Positions 39,927-48,656 of a stretch of DNA of 64,000 nt are shown piece by piece (position 1 is the first letter of the stretch; every line of letters starts with the position of its first letter). Position numbers and translations under genes: made by a program. The notes beneath the pieces were generated by a model. That model was not told where the DNA came from. It saw only the letters and a list, made by a program, of their open reading frames with translations, and did no database searches. Origin of the DNA: an uncultured Pseudomonadales bacterium (lineage in GTDB: Bacteria > Patescibacteriota > Microgenomatia > UBA1400 > UBA1396); contig CAZEEI010000003.1 of the NCBI GenBank assembly GCA_964511175.1, forward strand, positions 13,716 through 77,715. Direction: 5' to 3'.

Positions 39927-40553
39927 TTACTCGACAGTTAAGAAAATGATTGTTTCAGCAACCCGGCCGCGGCGGTCGGTGGCTTGGATAACTACTGTTC
40001 TTTCGCCTGGAGGCAGATCAAGTTCATAAGCAAAGCGTCCTTGCGGATCAAGCGACACCGCCTCGGTGTTAATGGTTAAGGCCGTATTACTGCTAGTTTT
40101 GCCAACCACACTAAAGGGGGTGGCGACGGTTTCGTAGTTATGCGGCGAGGTAACAGTTAAGGGTGGCGGTTGGCCTAGTTGTCGCCACTGCCAAATCAGC
40201 CCGCCGCCGCCGACTAGGGCGACTAAAATCAAGGCCAACAACGATAGGATACGGGGAGTAATCACCCAGTGCCATCGCGGGCGGCGGCGGGCCTTTTTAC
40301 CAACCATATCTATTTCGCGATAAGCTAGGTCGCGGCGGAAGAGAGCTAAGACATTTTCCTCAGGTAAACCAATTTCCGGCGCCATCAGCCGAACATAGCC
40401 ACGCACTAGGGCTTGAGCTGGCAACCGCGTCAGGTCTTCGGCCTCCAGCGCTTCAATAAAATCAACCGGCACTGCAGTACATCGGGCCAATTCCGCCACA
40501 CTTAACTGTTTTTGTTGACGGTAATCCCGCAGAACGTGGCCAATGGTTTTCAT
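39927..40553 (-). CDS. RodZ-like HTH membrane protein
   Basis: IG..LR..R......L.......I.ALE......LP.....RGY HTH, TM, Ig-like C-terminus; downstream of ftsK. Confidence 0.8.
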   Translation of the reverse strand: MKTIGHVLRDYRQQKQLSVAELARCTAVPVDFIEALEAEDLTRLPAQALVRGYVRLMAPEIGLPEENVLALFRRDLAYREIDMVGKKARRRPRWHWVITPRILSLLALILVALVGGGGLIWQWRQLGQPPPLTVTSPHNYETVATPFSVVGKTSSNTALTINTEAVSLDPQGRFAYELDLPPGERTVVIQATDRRGRVAETIIFLTVE

Positions 40554-42691
40554 GATTGTTTTGGTTCGCTGCCTTGCAGGAACTGATGGGCGGCGGTGGT
40601 ATTAATCTCACGCGGTTTGGCGCCGTTGACGGCTCCTACAATACCAAGAGCGTGCAGTTGGTCCAAAATACGGGCGGCACGGTTATAACCCACCGATAAA
40701 CGCCGTTGAATATAAGAAGAAGAAGCTTCACCTTTTTCCAAAATGACCCGGATCGCCTCACCAATCAGCTCATCATGCTCTTCGGCGCCATCCTTATTGC
40801 CTCCCACGACATTGCTTTGGAACTTGGTCACGATCTCCTCTTCGTAAGCCGGAGTAGTGTTTTGTTTCTTGAGGAAGTCGATCAACCCTCTGATTTCCTG
40901 ATCGGAAACAAAAGTGCCTTGGATACGCACCGGCTTGGCCTGATCCGGCGGAATATATAACATATCGCCACGGCCCAACAACTTTTCCGCACCGGGCGTA
41001 TCCAAAATGACCCGTGAATCGATGTTGGAAGAGACGTTAAAGGCAATACGCGCCGGAATGTTGGCTTTAATTAAGCCGGTAATGATATCGACGGAAGGAC
41101 GCTGTGTGGAGATCAACAGGTGAATACCTACTGCCCGGGCCATTTGGGCGAGACGCGCAATTGATTCTTCTACCTCGGAAGGAGAGTACATGATGATATC
41201 GGCCAATTCATCAATAACAATGACAATGTAGGGCATTGCCTGGAAACCGGAGGCTTCGTTAAAGCTGGCAATGTTGCGCACCCCCACTTCCTGGAAAACT
41301 TTGTAACGTTTTTCCATTTCGGAACAAGCCCATTTCAAGGCGGCGATTACTTTCTTTGGTTCGACAATAACCGGCGTTAACAGGTGGGGAATATCGTTGT
41401 ACTGGGTTAATTCCACCCGTTTAGGATCAACCATGATGAACTTAACTTCGGTGGGGGCGGCGCGGAACAAGATAGAAGCAATAAAGGCGTTGACGGCCAC
41501 CGATTTACCTGAGCCAGTAGCACCAGCAATCAAAGCGTGCGGCATCTTGGCTACGTCGGCTACCACCTCTTTACCAGCCACGTCCAGGCCTAGTGAAACC
41601 GCCAGCTTGGAGGGGTTCTTTTTCATATCCGGTGACATTAAAACTTGCCGCAGAGTCACCACTTGGAGAGAGCGGTTAGGCACTTCAATGCCCACTAAAT
41701 CCCGTCCTGGAATGGGAGCTTCAATACGAATTTGACCAGTAGGAGCGGCCAGCGCCAATGCCAAGTCATTAGCTAGGGAAGTAATTTTGGTCAGTTTAGT
41801 GCCAACCGACGGGCGAATAGCGTACTGAGTGACGGCAGGACCAATGTTCACTTCTACCATCTGGGTTTTAATACCAAAGGAATCGAGGGTTTGTTCAATC
41901 ATCTGCGCGTTTTGTTTGACGTCGCCAGCATCAGCTGTATTGCCGCGTTTGGCACTCAGTAGTGACAAGGGTGGATACTCCCAAGCTTGATCGGAAGGCT
42001 GGTTGGCCAGCGGTGTGGTTGATGAAGTATCTTCCAAATCAAGAGTCGGCGAAAGCGGTTTATTAACTTTATAAGGTTCATTGGGAGCGGCCGTGTTAGT
42101 TGCCGGCGCAGCCTCAGTGGGCGCCTTTTTCTTCATTAAATTAATACCGGGTATGCGAAAGCCGGAGGTTTTTTCCACAACTTGATCTTTATTACTCGTC
42201 TTATCAACCGATTTGTGATTGATCTCCACAATCGTGCCGAGGAAATAAAATATTTCCCGCAGGGAAGTATCGGTGAGAATTAGAAAACCAGCTAACCCCA
42301 GCAAAGAAAAAACTATTGTCACCCCTAGGGGTTGAATTAATTCAGCGAAATTAGCAAATAAGGTGTGTCCCAAATCACCACTTTGGCGGGTGATCAAAAT
42401 GGATAAGAAAAACAAAAACGAACCCACTAAAACTTGCGGTTTGGCAAAAGACCATTTAGCGCCGGTTAACACCATACCCATGCAAATAAAGAGAAAAGGC
42501 AGAAGCAGACTGACTACCCCAAAATTTTGTCGCAGTACTTCGTTAACGGCTTGCAGCGATTCGCCCTGTCCGGAAAAAGAAATAATAGTCAAACCGGCTA
42601 GGGCAAAAAACAGCAAACTACCCAGCGAATAAACAGTCTCAATACGTAACCTTAATTTAAATGGTGATCTCTTGCGGCCGCGCCTCCCCAT
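40550..42691 (-). CDS. ftsK: DNA translocase FtsK/SpoIIIE
   Basis: N-terminal TMs, GATGSGKS, IDELAD, STQRPS, gamma domain IQRRLSVGYNRAAR. Confidence 0.96.
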   Translation of the reverse strand: MGRRGRKRSPFKLRLRIETVYSLGSLLFFALAGLTIISFSGQGESLQAVNEVLRQNFGVVSLLLPFLFICMGMVLTGAKWSFAKPQVLVGSFLFFLSILITRQSGDLGHTLFANFAELIQPLGVTIVFSLLGLAGFLILTDTSLREIFYFLGTIVEINHKSVDKTSNKDQVVEKTSGFRIPGINLMKKKAPTEAAPATNTAAPNEPYKVNKPLSPTLDLEDTSSTTPLANQPSDQAWEYPPLSLLSAKRGNTADAGDVKQNAQMIEQTLDSFGIKTQMVEVNIGPAVTQYAIRPSVGTKLTKITSLANDLALALAAPTGQIRIEAPIPGRDLVGIEVPNRSLQVVTLRQVLMSPDMKKNPSKLAVSLGLDVAGKEVVADVAKMPHALIAGATGSGKSVAVNAFIASILFRAAPTEVKFIMVDPKRVELTQYNDIPHLLTPVIVEPKKVIAALKWACSEMEKRYKVFQEVGVRNIASFNEASGFQAMPYIVIVIDELADIIMYSPSEVEESIARLAQMARAVGIHLLISTQRPSVDIITGLIKANIPARIAFNVSSNIDSRVILDTPGAEKLLGRGDMLYIPPDQAKPVRIQGTFVSDQEIRGLIDFLKKQNTTPAYEEEIVTKFQSNVVGGNKDGAEEHDELIGEAIRVILEKGEASSSYIQRRLSVGYNRAARILDQLHALGIVGAVNGAKPREINTTAAHQFLQGSEPKQS

Positions 42692-42750
42692 AGACTACTA
42701 CTTTATCACTTCACCCCAGGGGTTTACAATCTAGGAGAAAGCGAGGCGTT

Positions 42751-44160
42751 ATGCAGAAAACCAAAATCGTAGCCACAATCGGTCCTTCTTCCGATACAGA
42801 GGAAAAAATTACCGCTCTGATTCAAGCTGGCGCTAACGTTTTTCGCTTTAACATGAAACACGGTGACGTAGCTTGGCATACGGAACGCATTCAGCGGGCG
42901 CAAGCCGTTGCTGATCGTTTAAACGTTTCTATTGGTATTTTAATTGATCTACAAGGTCCGGAGATTCGGATCGAAACCCTTAATAAAGAACCGGTGACGG
43001 TAGTTAAGGGTGAAGAAATTCTCCTGTCGGCTGACTTTGTTTCTGGGCGTAAAGGTTTTCGTGTGCCCGATCCGCTGGTGATCAATGGCTTACAAGTTGG
43101 CGACCAAGTACTGATCGATGACGGTTTCTTAGAGTTTAAAGTAGTACGACGGGATGAGCAGGGATTAGTTTTACAAGCCGCCGCCGATTATCTGATTAAT
43201 AATCGCAAGGGCATGAATTTACCTGGCGTGCACTTAGAGTTGGCTTCTTTGATTGAAGACGATTTTAAGAAGTTGGATATGGCCGCCCAGGAAAAGGTGG
43301 ATTTTGTGGCGCTTTCTTTTGTGCGCACCGCTGAGGATCTGCGTATTTTGCGGTCCGAAATGGCAAAGCGTCAAATTAATGCCCACATTGTGGCTAAAAT
43401 CGAAAACGCCAAAGCGATTGAAAACCTAGACGAAATTATTAGCGAATGCGACGCCGTCATGGTGGCGCGGGGCGATTTGGCAGTGGAAATACCTTACGAA
43501 GAACTAACTTACTGGCAGAAGACCATCATCCACAAGTGCCGTCAGGCGGGCAAGGCCGTCATTACGGCGACCCAAATGTTACAGTCAATGATTGATAGTC
43601 CGCGCCCCACCCGGGCGGAGGTATCGGATGTGGCTAACGCTGTATTTGATGGCACCGATGCGGTAATGTTGTCGGGAGAAACGGCGCAGGGTAATTATCC
43701 AGAAGAAGCGGTAAAAGCCATGCACCGCATTGCGGAGTTTAATGAGGCCAAAGTAATGTTACCACCCCTGGAAGAGACGCACGCTTTATCCCAAACGGAA
43801 AGCATAACGCGCGCCGTCACTACTTTACTGGGACAACGACGAGCCTTTGATATTTCCGCGATTGTCGTCTTTACCGAAACCGGTGAGACGGCGCGCAAAT
43901 TGGCTCGTTTCCGTCCTGAACTGCCGATCATCGCTTTGACCGAAACCGCCAAAACCTGTGATGAACTTTGTCTCAGTTATGGTGTTTACCCCTTGGTAAT
44001 GGAGTTTCCGGAGGGCGATATCGTGTCGCTGGAGCCGATCATCGCCAAACTGAAAGATCTGAAAATTATTCATACCGGCGACCGCTTAATGTTTGTCCAC
44101 GGTCATCGCTGGAAGGAACCAGGTTTAACGAACACACTTTCGGTTAAAGAAGTGGTCTAA
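42751..44160 (+). CDS. pyk: Pyruvate kinase
   Basis: TKIVATIGP, MVARGDL, TATQMLQSM, MLSGETA. Confidence 0.96.
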   Translation: MQKTKIVATIGPSSDTEEKITALIQAGANVFRFNMKHGDVAWHTERIQRAQAVADRLNVSIGILIDLQGPEIRIETLNKEPVTVVKGEEILLSADFVSGRKGFRVPDPLVINGLQVGDQVLIDDGFLEFKVVRRDEQGLVLQAAADYLINNRKGMNLPGVHLELASLIEDDFKKLDMAAQEKVDFVALSFVRTAEDLRILRSEMAKRQINAHIVAKIENAKAIENLDEIISECDAVMVARGDLAVEIPYEELTYWQKTIIHKCRQAGKAVITATQMLQSMIDSPRPTRAEVSDVANAVFDGTDAVMLSGETAQGNYPEEAVKAMHRIAEFNEAKVMLPPLEETHALSQTESITRAVTTLLGQRRAFDISAIVVFTETGETARKLARFRPELPIIALTETAKTCDELCLSYGVYPLVMEFPEGDIVSLEPIIAKLKDLKIIHTGDRLMFVHGHRWKEPGLTNTLSVKEVV

Positions 44161-44161
44161 C

Positions 44162-44791
44162 ATGAAACAACTGCTCTATACGACGGGCAATGCGGCTAAG
44201 TTTGCGGAAGTTAATCATTTGGCCAATCAGTTAGGCTTTAATTTATTGAGCCGTCGCGATGTTGGCCTTGACCTGGATCCAGAAGAAACTGGTCAGACCC
44301 TGGAAGAGAATGCGGCTCTTAAAGTGCATGCCTATCAGCAGTTTTTGCCGGAGGATGTGTACGTTATCGCCGACGATACCGGGGTAGAAATTGATGCGCT
44401 CGGTGGTGAACCCGGCATCTACGTGCGCCGCTGGCGGGAACGGTCACGTCAGATGAGTGATACGGAGATTATTGAATACGCCATTGAGCGTTTGCAGGGC
44501 ATTCCGCCCGCCCGCCGCGGCGCCCAAATGCGGACGGTTTTAGCCTTAGGACACCCGAGCGGCGAAATAGAGTTGTTTGACGGGGTAATTCGGGGGGTGA
44601 TTGTCGAACAACCCACACCACAACCAATTCCTGGCTTTCCGTTTGCTTCACTTTTGTACGTTCCGGAATATCAGATGATGCTGGGAGAAATGCGCCAGTT
44701 GTCCAGCCAACAGCAGATGCAGTATCCCACCCAACGCGGCCGGGCTCTTACTAAATTATTGCAGCGCTGGCGGGAGATTACGGTGGCTTAA
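44162..44791 (+). CDS. Ham1/RdgB-family non-canonical purine NTP pyrophosphatase
   Basis: TGN..K..E, E....L.ENA..K, ADDTG...DALGGEPG. Confidence 0.85.
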   Translation: MKQLLYTTGNAAKFAEVNHLANQLGFNLLSRRDVGLDLDPEETGQTLEENAALKVHAYQQFLPEDVYVIADDTGVEIDALGGEPGIYVRRWRERSRQMSDTEIIEYAIERLQGIPPARRGAQMRTVLALGHPSGEIELFDGVIRGVIVEQPTPQPIPGFPFASLLYVPEYQMMLGEMRQLSSQQQMQYPTQRGRALTKLLQRWREITVA

Positions 44792-44793
44792 GA

Positions 44794-44822
44794 TTGACAA
44801 AAAGAACGGAAACGAGTATAAA
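44794..44822 (+). promoter_or_regulatory. Sigma70-type promoter
   Basis: TTGACA-N17-TATAAA. Confidence 0.8.
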
Positions 44823-44828
44823 CTAAAC

Positions 44829-44895
44829 CATCTCGATTCTGGCAAGCTATTCTAAGATAGCCAAGCGAAAAGTCCCTCCCGGTGAGGGATTTTTT
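44829..44895 (+). ncRNA. Small RNA complementary to the downstream tRNA-like element (candidate tmRNA mRNA piece)
   Basis: Bounded by the promoter and a TCCCTC/GAGGGA+T6 terminator; 5' TCTCGATTCTGGC pairs with 44956-44968; GGC AAG CTA TTC TAA with the stop in a hairpin loop. Confidence 0.55.
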
Positions 44896-44935
44896 GTAAT
44901 TATTTGGTAATTTTCTTTTGTTAAAAGTAATAGGT

Positions 44936-45003
44936 GGGCCCGACTTGGGTAGTAAGCCGGAATCGAGAACCTGGCTGTGGGGGTTCGAATCCCCTCGGGT
45001 CCA
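44936..45003 (+). ncRNA. tRNA-like RNA with tmRNA TLD architecture (Ala identity)
   Basis: GGGCCCG/CGGGTCC acceptor with G3-U70 and A73; 13-nt unpaired D loop; 5-bp stem with 10-nt loop; 3-nt linker; GGGGG-TTCGAAT-CCCCT T arm. Confidence 0.7.
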
Positions 45004-45061
45004 CGTTTTTAGTCAGATAAAATTATTTTTCTTTCTGATACTTTTTGATATAATAACAGCA

Positions 45062-45328
45062 ATGAAATCACGAGAAAAACAACCGCAAAGTTTAATTGAG
45101 GCCATATCTTTTTTTGCGACTGAATCAAATTTGGCTCTGTTGGTAATGGCTAGGATTTACCTTGACCATTATCTTCTCGATGAAAATCAGAACAATCTGG
45201 ACGCCGATATTAGAGAAAAAGTGGTAGACTTCCGGACTATGCTGGAAAATTTGTGTACAGCTATGCCCTACGATCGCCAACAGATTCAACGTCGAGCGGC
45301 TAATTTACACCGCCTTCTCACTTGCTAG
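45062..45328 (+). CDS. Hypothetical protein
   Basis: 88-aa ORF from ATG 45062 following TG-n-TATAAT. Confidence 0.55.
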   Translation: MKSREKQPQSLIEAISFFATESNLALLVMARIYLDHYLLDENQNNLDADIREKVVDFRTMLENLCTAMPYDRQQIQRRAANLHRLLTC

Positions 45329-46971
45329 TTAGCACGATAAATAAACCAAATTGGTTTACCGTCCAGATTATTCACTAAACTAAGTACCGGATATTTTTCC
45401 GGCTGGGTAGTGACAGCGTGCAGGCCGAATTCGGTGCCGGTACTGGTGCCAAAGAACCAGTTTTGAAAAGCCAAACGTTCCAACTGATCCCTCGGCGCAC
45501 TTTCTTCTTCCGCTTGTACCAGAAGTGGATCGACTGTTTGGGTGAAGAACAAATACATGGCCGGCCGACCGTACTGGCGAGACACAAAAATCGGTTCATT
45601 ATTTTGCCGCAAAGTAGTTAATTGGTCGAACAACTGCTGGTAGCCATACTGCCATTCGCCGGCGTACTGGAGGCGATACTGCGTCATAAAGTAGAAAGCG
45701 AGTACCAGCCAACTACCCAATATGCCGATTACCGTCAGCGGCGCAACCAAGCGGCGGATCAATAACCAACGATTGGACAGATAATCGGTAATAACGACTA
45801 AGCCAAGTCCAGACAATACTGCCAGCCAAGGACTAAGCGGCAAAGCGCGCAAGGCGTGCGGGGTGGTGACGGTAAGGGCGGCGGCCAACGGTGCCGCCGC
45901 AGTGAGGGTCAAGAATGCCCACCACTGTCGACGCGATCGCCAATGACTGGCGCCATAGGCCAAACCGATCAAGATAGTTAGTAACTCCCAGGGGTATAAA
46001 GCGCCAAACCACTGCGAAGTATGGCGGGGGTTAACGTCGCCCCGGCCGAACAAAAATTGCGGACTAAAGTGATCCAGATAATGAGCGGCGATAGTTTCGC
46101 CCCAGAACCAGTAACGGTGGTAAAGAACACGGCTCAGCAGGCTGAAATGATTAGCTTCCCGCAGAGCGTTAGATCGTTCAACCGGTTTGGTTTGGGCGAA
46201 GACCGAAGTTTCCGCAATCCGTTGCTGGATGGCCGGTGTGCGTAAAACCAATAGAATCGGCAACACCATGACTACGCCAACCAGCACAGCTGGTATCCAA
46301 GGTTGCCAGAAACGGCGAGGTTGTTTTTTGAGGAGCGACCAGTTGAAATTAAAGCCGAAAATAATCAGCGCAAACAGGGGGGCGAGGACGCGCGCGCCGT
46401 GGTAAGTGTACATCGATAGGGCAAAACAAATGGCAGCAGCGACGCTACTAAACCAGAATGACCGGCGCGCGCGCTGGCTGCTTGACCGATCGAGTGCTTC
46501 AGTAAGTAGTAGTGCGCCGGTTAACAATAGGAAAGTAGCTAAATTAGTTTCAAAACCAACCCGACCCACTTGCCATGACCAGGGTTGGACGGCCAAAACA
46601 AAACTGGACCAGCCAGCCACCTTAGTATTGGTCCAGCGCTTTAGGAGAAAATAAAGTACCATTACCGTACCGGCGCTGGCCAGGATAGCCGGCAGTCGTA
46701 CGGCAAAACTGTTAAGTCCAAATAGAGCAATCGCCGGCACTAAAGTATAAAAATACAGGGCTGGTTTGTAATCGCCAAAAGAGGGGAAAGCCACAATCGG
46801 CCAGGCGTTGCCGTGGTGATCGCGGCCGGTGCGCAGGATCGAGTAAGCATCATAACCTAAAGCAGCCTCTTCCCAATAAGGGCTGGGTGGTGACCAAGTT
46901 GCTCCCCAGACGCGTAAGCCCAAAGCAACCAGAAATAACACTAATGGCAGCCAGTGCTCCCAGCGTTTCAT
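45325..46971 (-). CDS. GT-C (ArnT/GT39-like) glycosyltransferase
   Basis: P...WEEAALGYDAYSIL.TGRD..G, SFGDYKP, AVRLP; multi-TM. Confidence 0.85.
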   Translation of the reverse strand: MKRWEHWLPLVLFLVALGLRVWGATWSPPSPYWEEAALGYDAYSILRTGRDHHGNAWPIVAFPSFGDYKPALYFYTLVPAIALFGLNSFAVRLPAILASAGTVMVLYFLLKRWTNTKVAGWSSFVLAVQPWSWQVGRVGFETNLATFLLLTGALLLTEALDRSSSQRARRSFWFSSVAAAICFALSMYTYHGARVLAPLFALIIFGFNFNWSLLKKQPRRFWQPWIPAVLVGVVMVLPILLVLRTPAIQQRIAETSVFAQTKPVERSNALREANHFSLLSRVLYHRYWFWGETIAAHYLDHFSPQFLFGRGDVNPRHTSQWFGALYPWELLTILIGLAYGASHWRSRRQWWAFLTLTAAAPLAAALTVTTPHALRALPLSPWLAVLSGLGLVVITDYLSNRWLLIRRLVAPLTVIGILGSWLVLAFYFMTQYRLQYAGEWQYGYQQLFDQLTTLRQNNEPIFVSRQYGRPAMYLFFTQTVDPLLVQAEEESAPRDQLERLAFQNWFFGTSTGTEFGLHAVTTQPEKYPVLSLVNNLDGKPIWFIYRAN

Positions 46972-48656
46972 AAGGACCTTGCCTCCGCCACCCAGAAAAT
47001 AACTTGGCCGGTGTGATCGGTAATGGTTTCGTGCAGTTGTAGGCGTGGGTCAGCTAGTTGTTGCGGACTAATTTCCGTGGGTTGAAGAAAGAGGATCAGT
47101 CGCTGGTTAACGGTTCTGGCCCAAATATCATCCCAATGAATAGTTTCGAACGACAAATTACCAATTCTTTTAACGTGCTGGAAACCCTCATCATCAACCG
47201 GATAGTACTCAACCGTGCGGTGGAATTGTTGTGGATCAATCCGATTTTTCCAGAGATACCAAATGTACGGTGAAGAGGCTGGCGACTGAACGATTAACTG
47301 GGCGTTTTCATTTTGATAATGCGGTACTGCCTCTGCCCAACGCGACCACTTTTCTTCACTAAAGCGGTAATCCTGCTGCGGCGCGATCACTAAATAATTT
47401 ATTTCGTAGCGCAGGATCGAGAGAATAATGATGCCGCTTAGGCCAACCCCAAACACTAGATGAGACCGCCAAGTTGTTAAAGCTTGCCACACCGCTACTA
47501 TGCCAATGGCCGCGCAAATTTCCAGTAGCGGGAAAATGGGTGAAAGGCGAATCGTATGTTGAGGAGCGACAGTAAGGGAGGGGGCAACTAAGCCGCAGAT
47601 CAGCCACAACCACAATACCGAGACGATCGGATTGGTTCGCCGCCGCCATAGTTCAGCCAAACCAATCAAGAGAAATGGTGCGATAAACAAATGTAAATTG
47701 CCGATCCCGGTTTGGTTGTGGACGTGATGATCGGTGGTAGAGGTAAAAAGGAAATCAGTGGAGAGTGTTTCGACTAGGTGGCTGGCAAAGATAGCGGCAG
47801 TTTCCGTCCAACGATTGGCGATTAATTTGTCCGCCAACGTATTACCTAACAGAGCCTGACGGTAGAGCACCCAACGATCGGCGAGAACTTCGGTAGCAAA
47901 CGGATTAATACCAGCTAGTTTAGTTTGGTTGGCCGACCACACCCCGCCAAACCAGAGTAGAGCCAGGGTAATGCCGCCAATCATGAGACCGCCCAGTATT
48001 CCCGGTCGATCGTACTTAGTTAAGGAGCGGTGGTTAAGAATGATTAGTCCAACTATCATCAGCGGCACCAAAATTTGGTAGGAGTGATAAGTCAACATGC
48101 TCAGGGAAAAACCACCAGCTGATACCAGCCACCACCACCGTTCGTAGCGGGGTTGGGATTGAGCTTCCAACCAAGCCACTAACCCACTCAAAAAGAAAGC
48201 CATGGCCAAATGTGCTTCATAGGCCACGCGCGAAAAGTGGTTGCCCCAAGGGCTAATGGCCACTAGAAGCATAGCCACTAAGGGTAGATAGCGAACTTTA
48301 AATGACGGTTTGGTTTTGGTGACCAGGTGCCAACCGATTCGTCCTACCAGACCAATGACCACCAAGCCGGCCAGAAACGATGGTAGTTTAACTACCCAAT
48401 CGCCAGTGCCCAGTGTAGCTACCAAAGGAATTAAGGTATAAACATAACCTGGTAGTTTTTGATCGCCGAAGGAAGCTAGAGAAACGGGCCAGGATATGCC
48501 ATGTTCATCTTGGCCGGAACGCCACAGTGACCAAGCGTTATAACCCAAAGCGGCCTCATCGCGGTTTAAACCGATTGGAACTTGACCAAACCAAGGCAGA
48601 CGAATCGCCAGAGCTAACAGTAAGATAGCGGTAATCCACCACTTAAGGTTTTTCAT
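46968..48656 (-). CDS. GT-C (ArnT/GT39-like) glycosyltransferase
   Basis: P.GLNRDEAALGYNAWS, SFGDQKLP, FSRVAYE; start moved to ATG 48656. Confidence 0.85.
   Translation of the reverse strand: MKNLKWWITAILLLALAIRLPWFGQVPIGLNRDEAALGYNAWSLWRSGQDEHGISWPVSLASFGDQKLPGYVYTLIPLVATLGTGDWVVKLPSFLAGLVVIGLVGRIGWHLVTKTKPSFKVRYLPLVAMLLVAISPWGNHFSRVAYEAHLAMAFFLSGLVAWLEAQSQPRYERWWWLVSAGGFSLSMLTYHSYQILVPLMIVGLIILNHRSLTKYDRPGILGGLMIGGITLALLWFGGVWSANQTKLAGINPFATEVLADRWVLYRQALLGNTLADKLIANRWTETAAIFASHLVETLSTDFLFTSTTDHHVHNQTGIGNLHLFIAPFLLIGLAELWRRRTNPIVSVLWLWLICGLVAPSLTVAPQHTIRLSPIFPLLEICAAIGIVAVWQALTTWRSHLVFGVGLSGIIILSILRYEINYLVIAPQQDYRFSEEKWSRWAEAVPHYQNENAQLIVQSPASSPYIWYLWKNRIDPQQFHRTVEYYPVDDEGFQHVKRIGNLSFETIHWDDIWARTVNQRLILFLQPTEISPQQLADPRLQLHETITDHTGQVIFWVAEARSL

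Noticed and set aside
44936-45003. Reading the element as an ordinary tRNA-Arg(TCG) or tRNA-Ala
   Set aside because: No D-stem can form, the loop is 10 nt without the Y32-U33 pattern, and the variable region is only 3 nt. A degenerate tRNA remnant is not fully excluded.
44918-45061. N-terminal extension of ORF 44918..45328
   Set aside because: It overlaps the structured RNA; ATG 45062 after a TATAAT box is the more plausible start.
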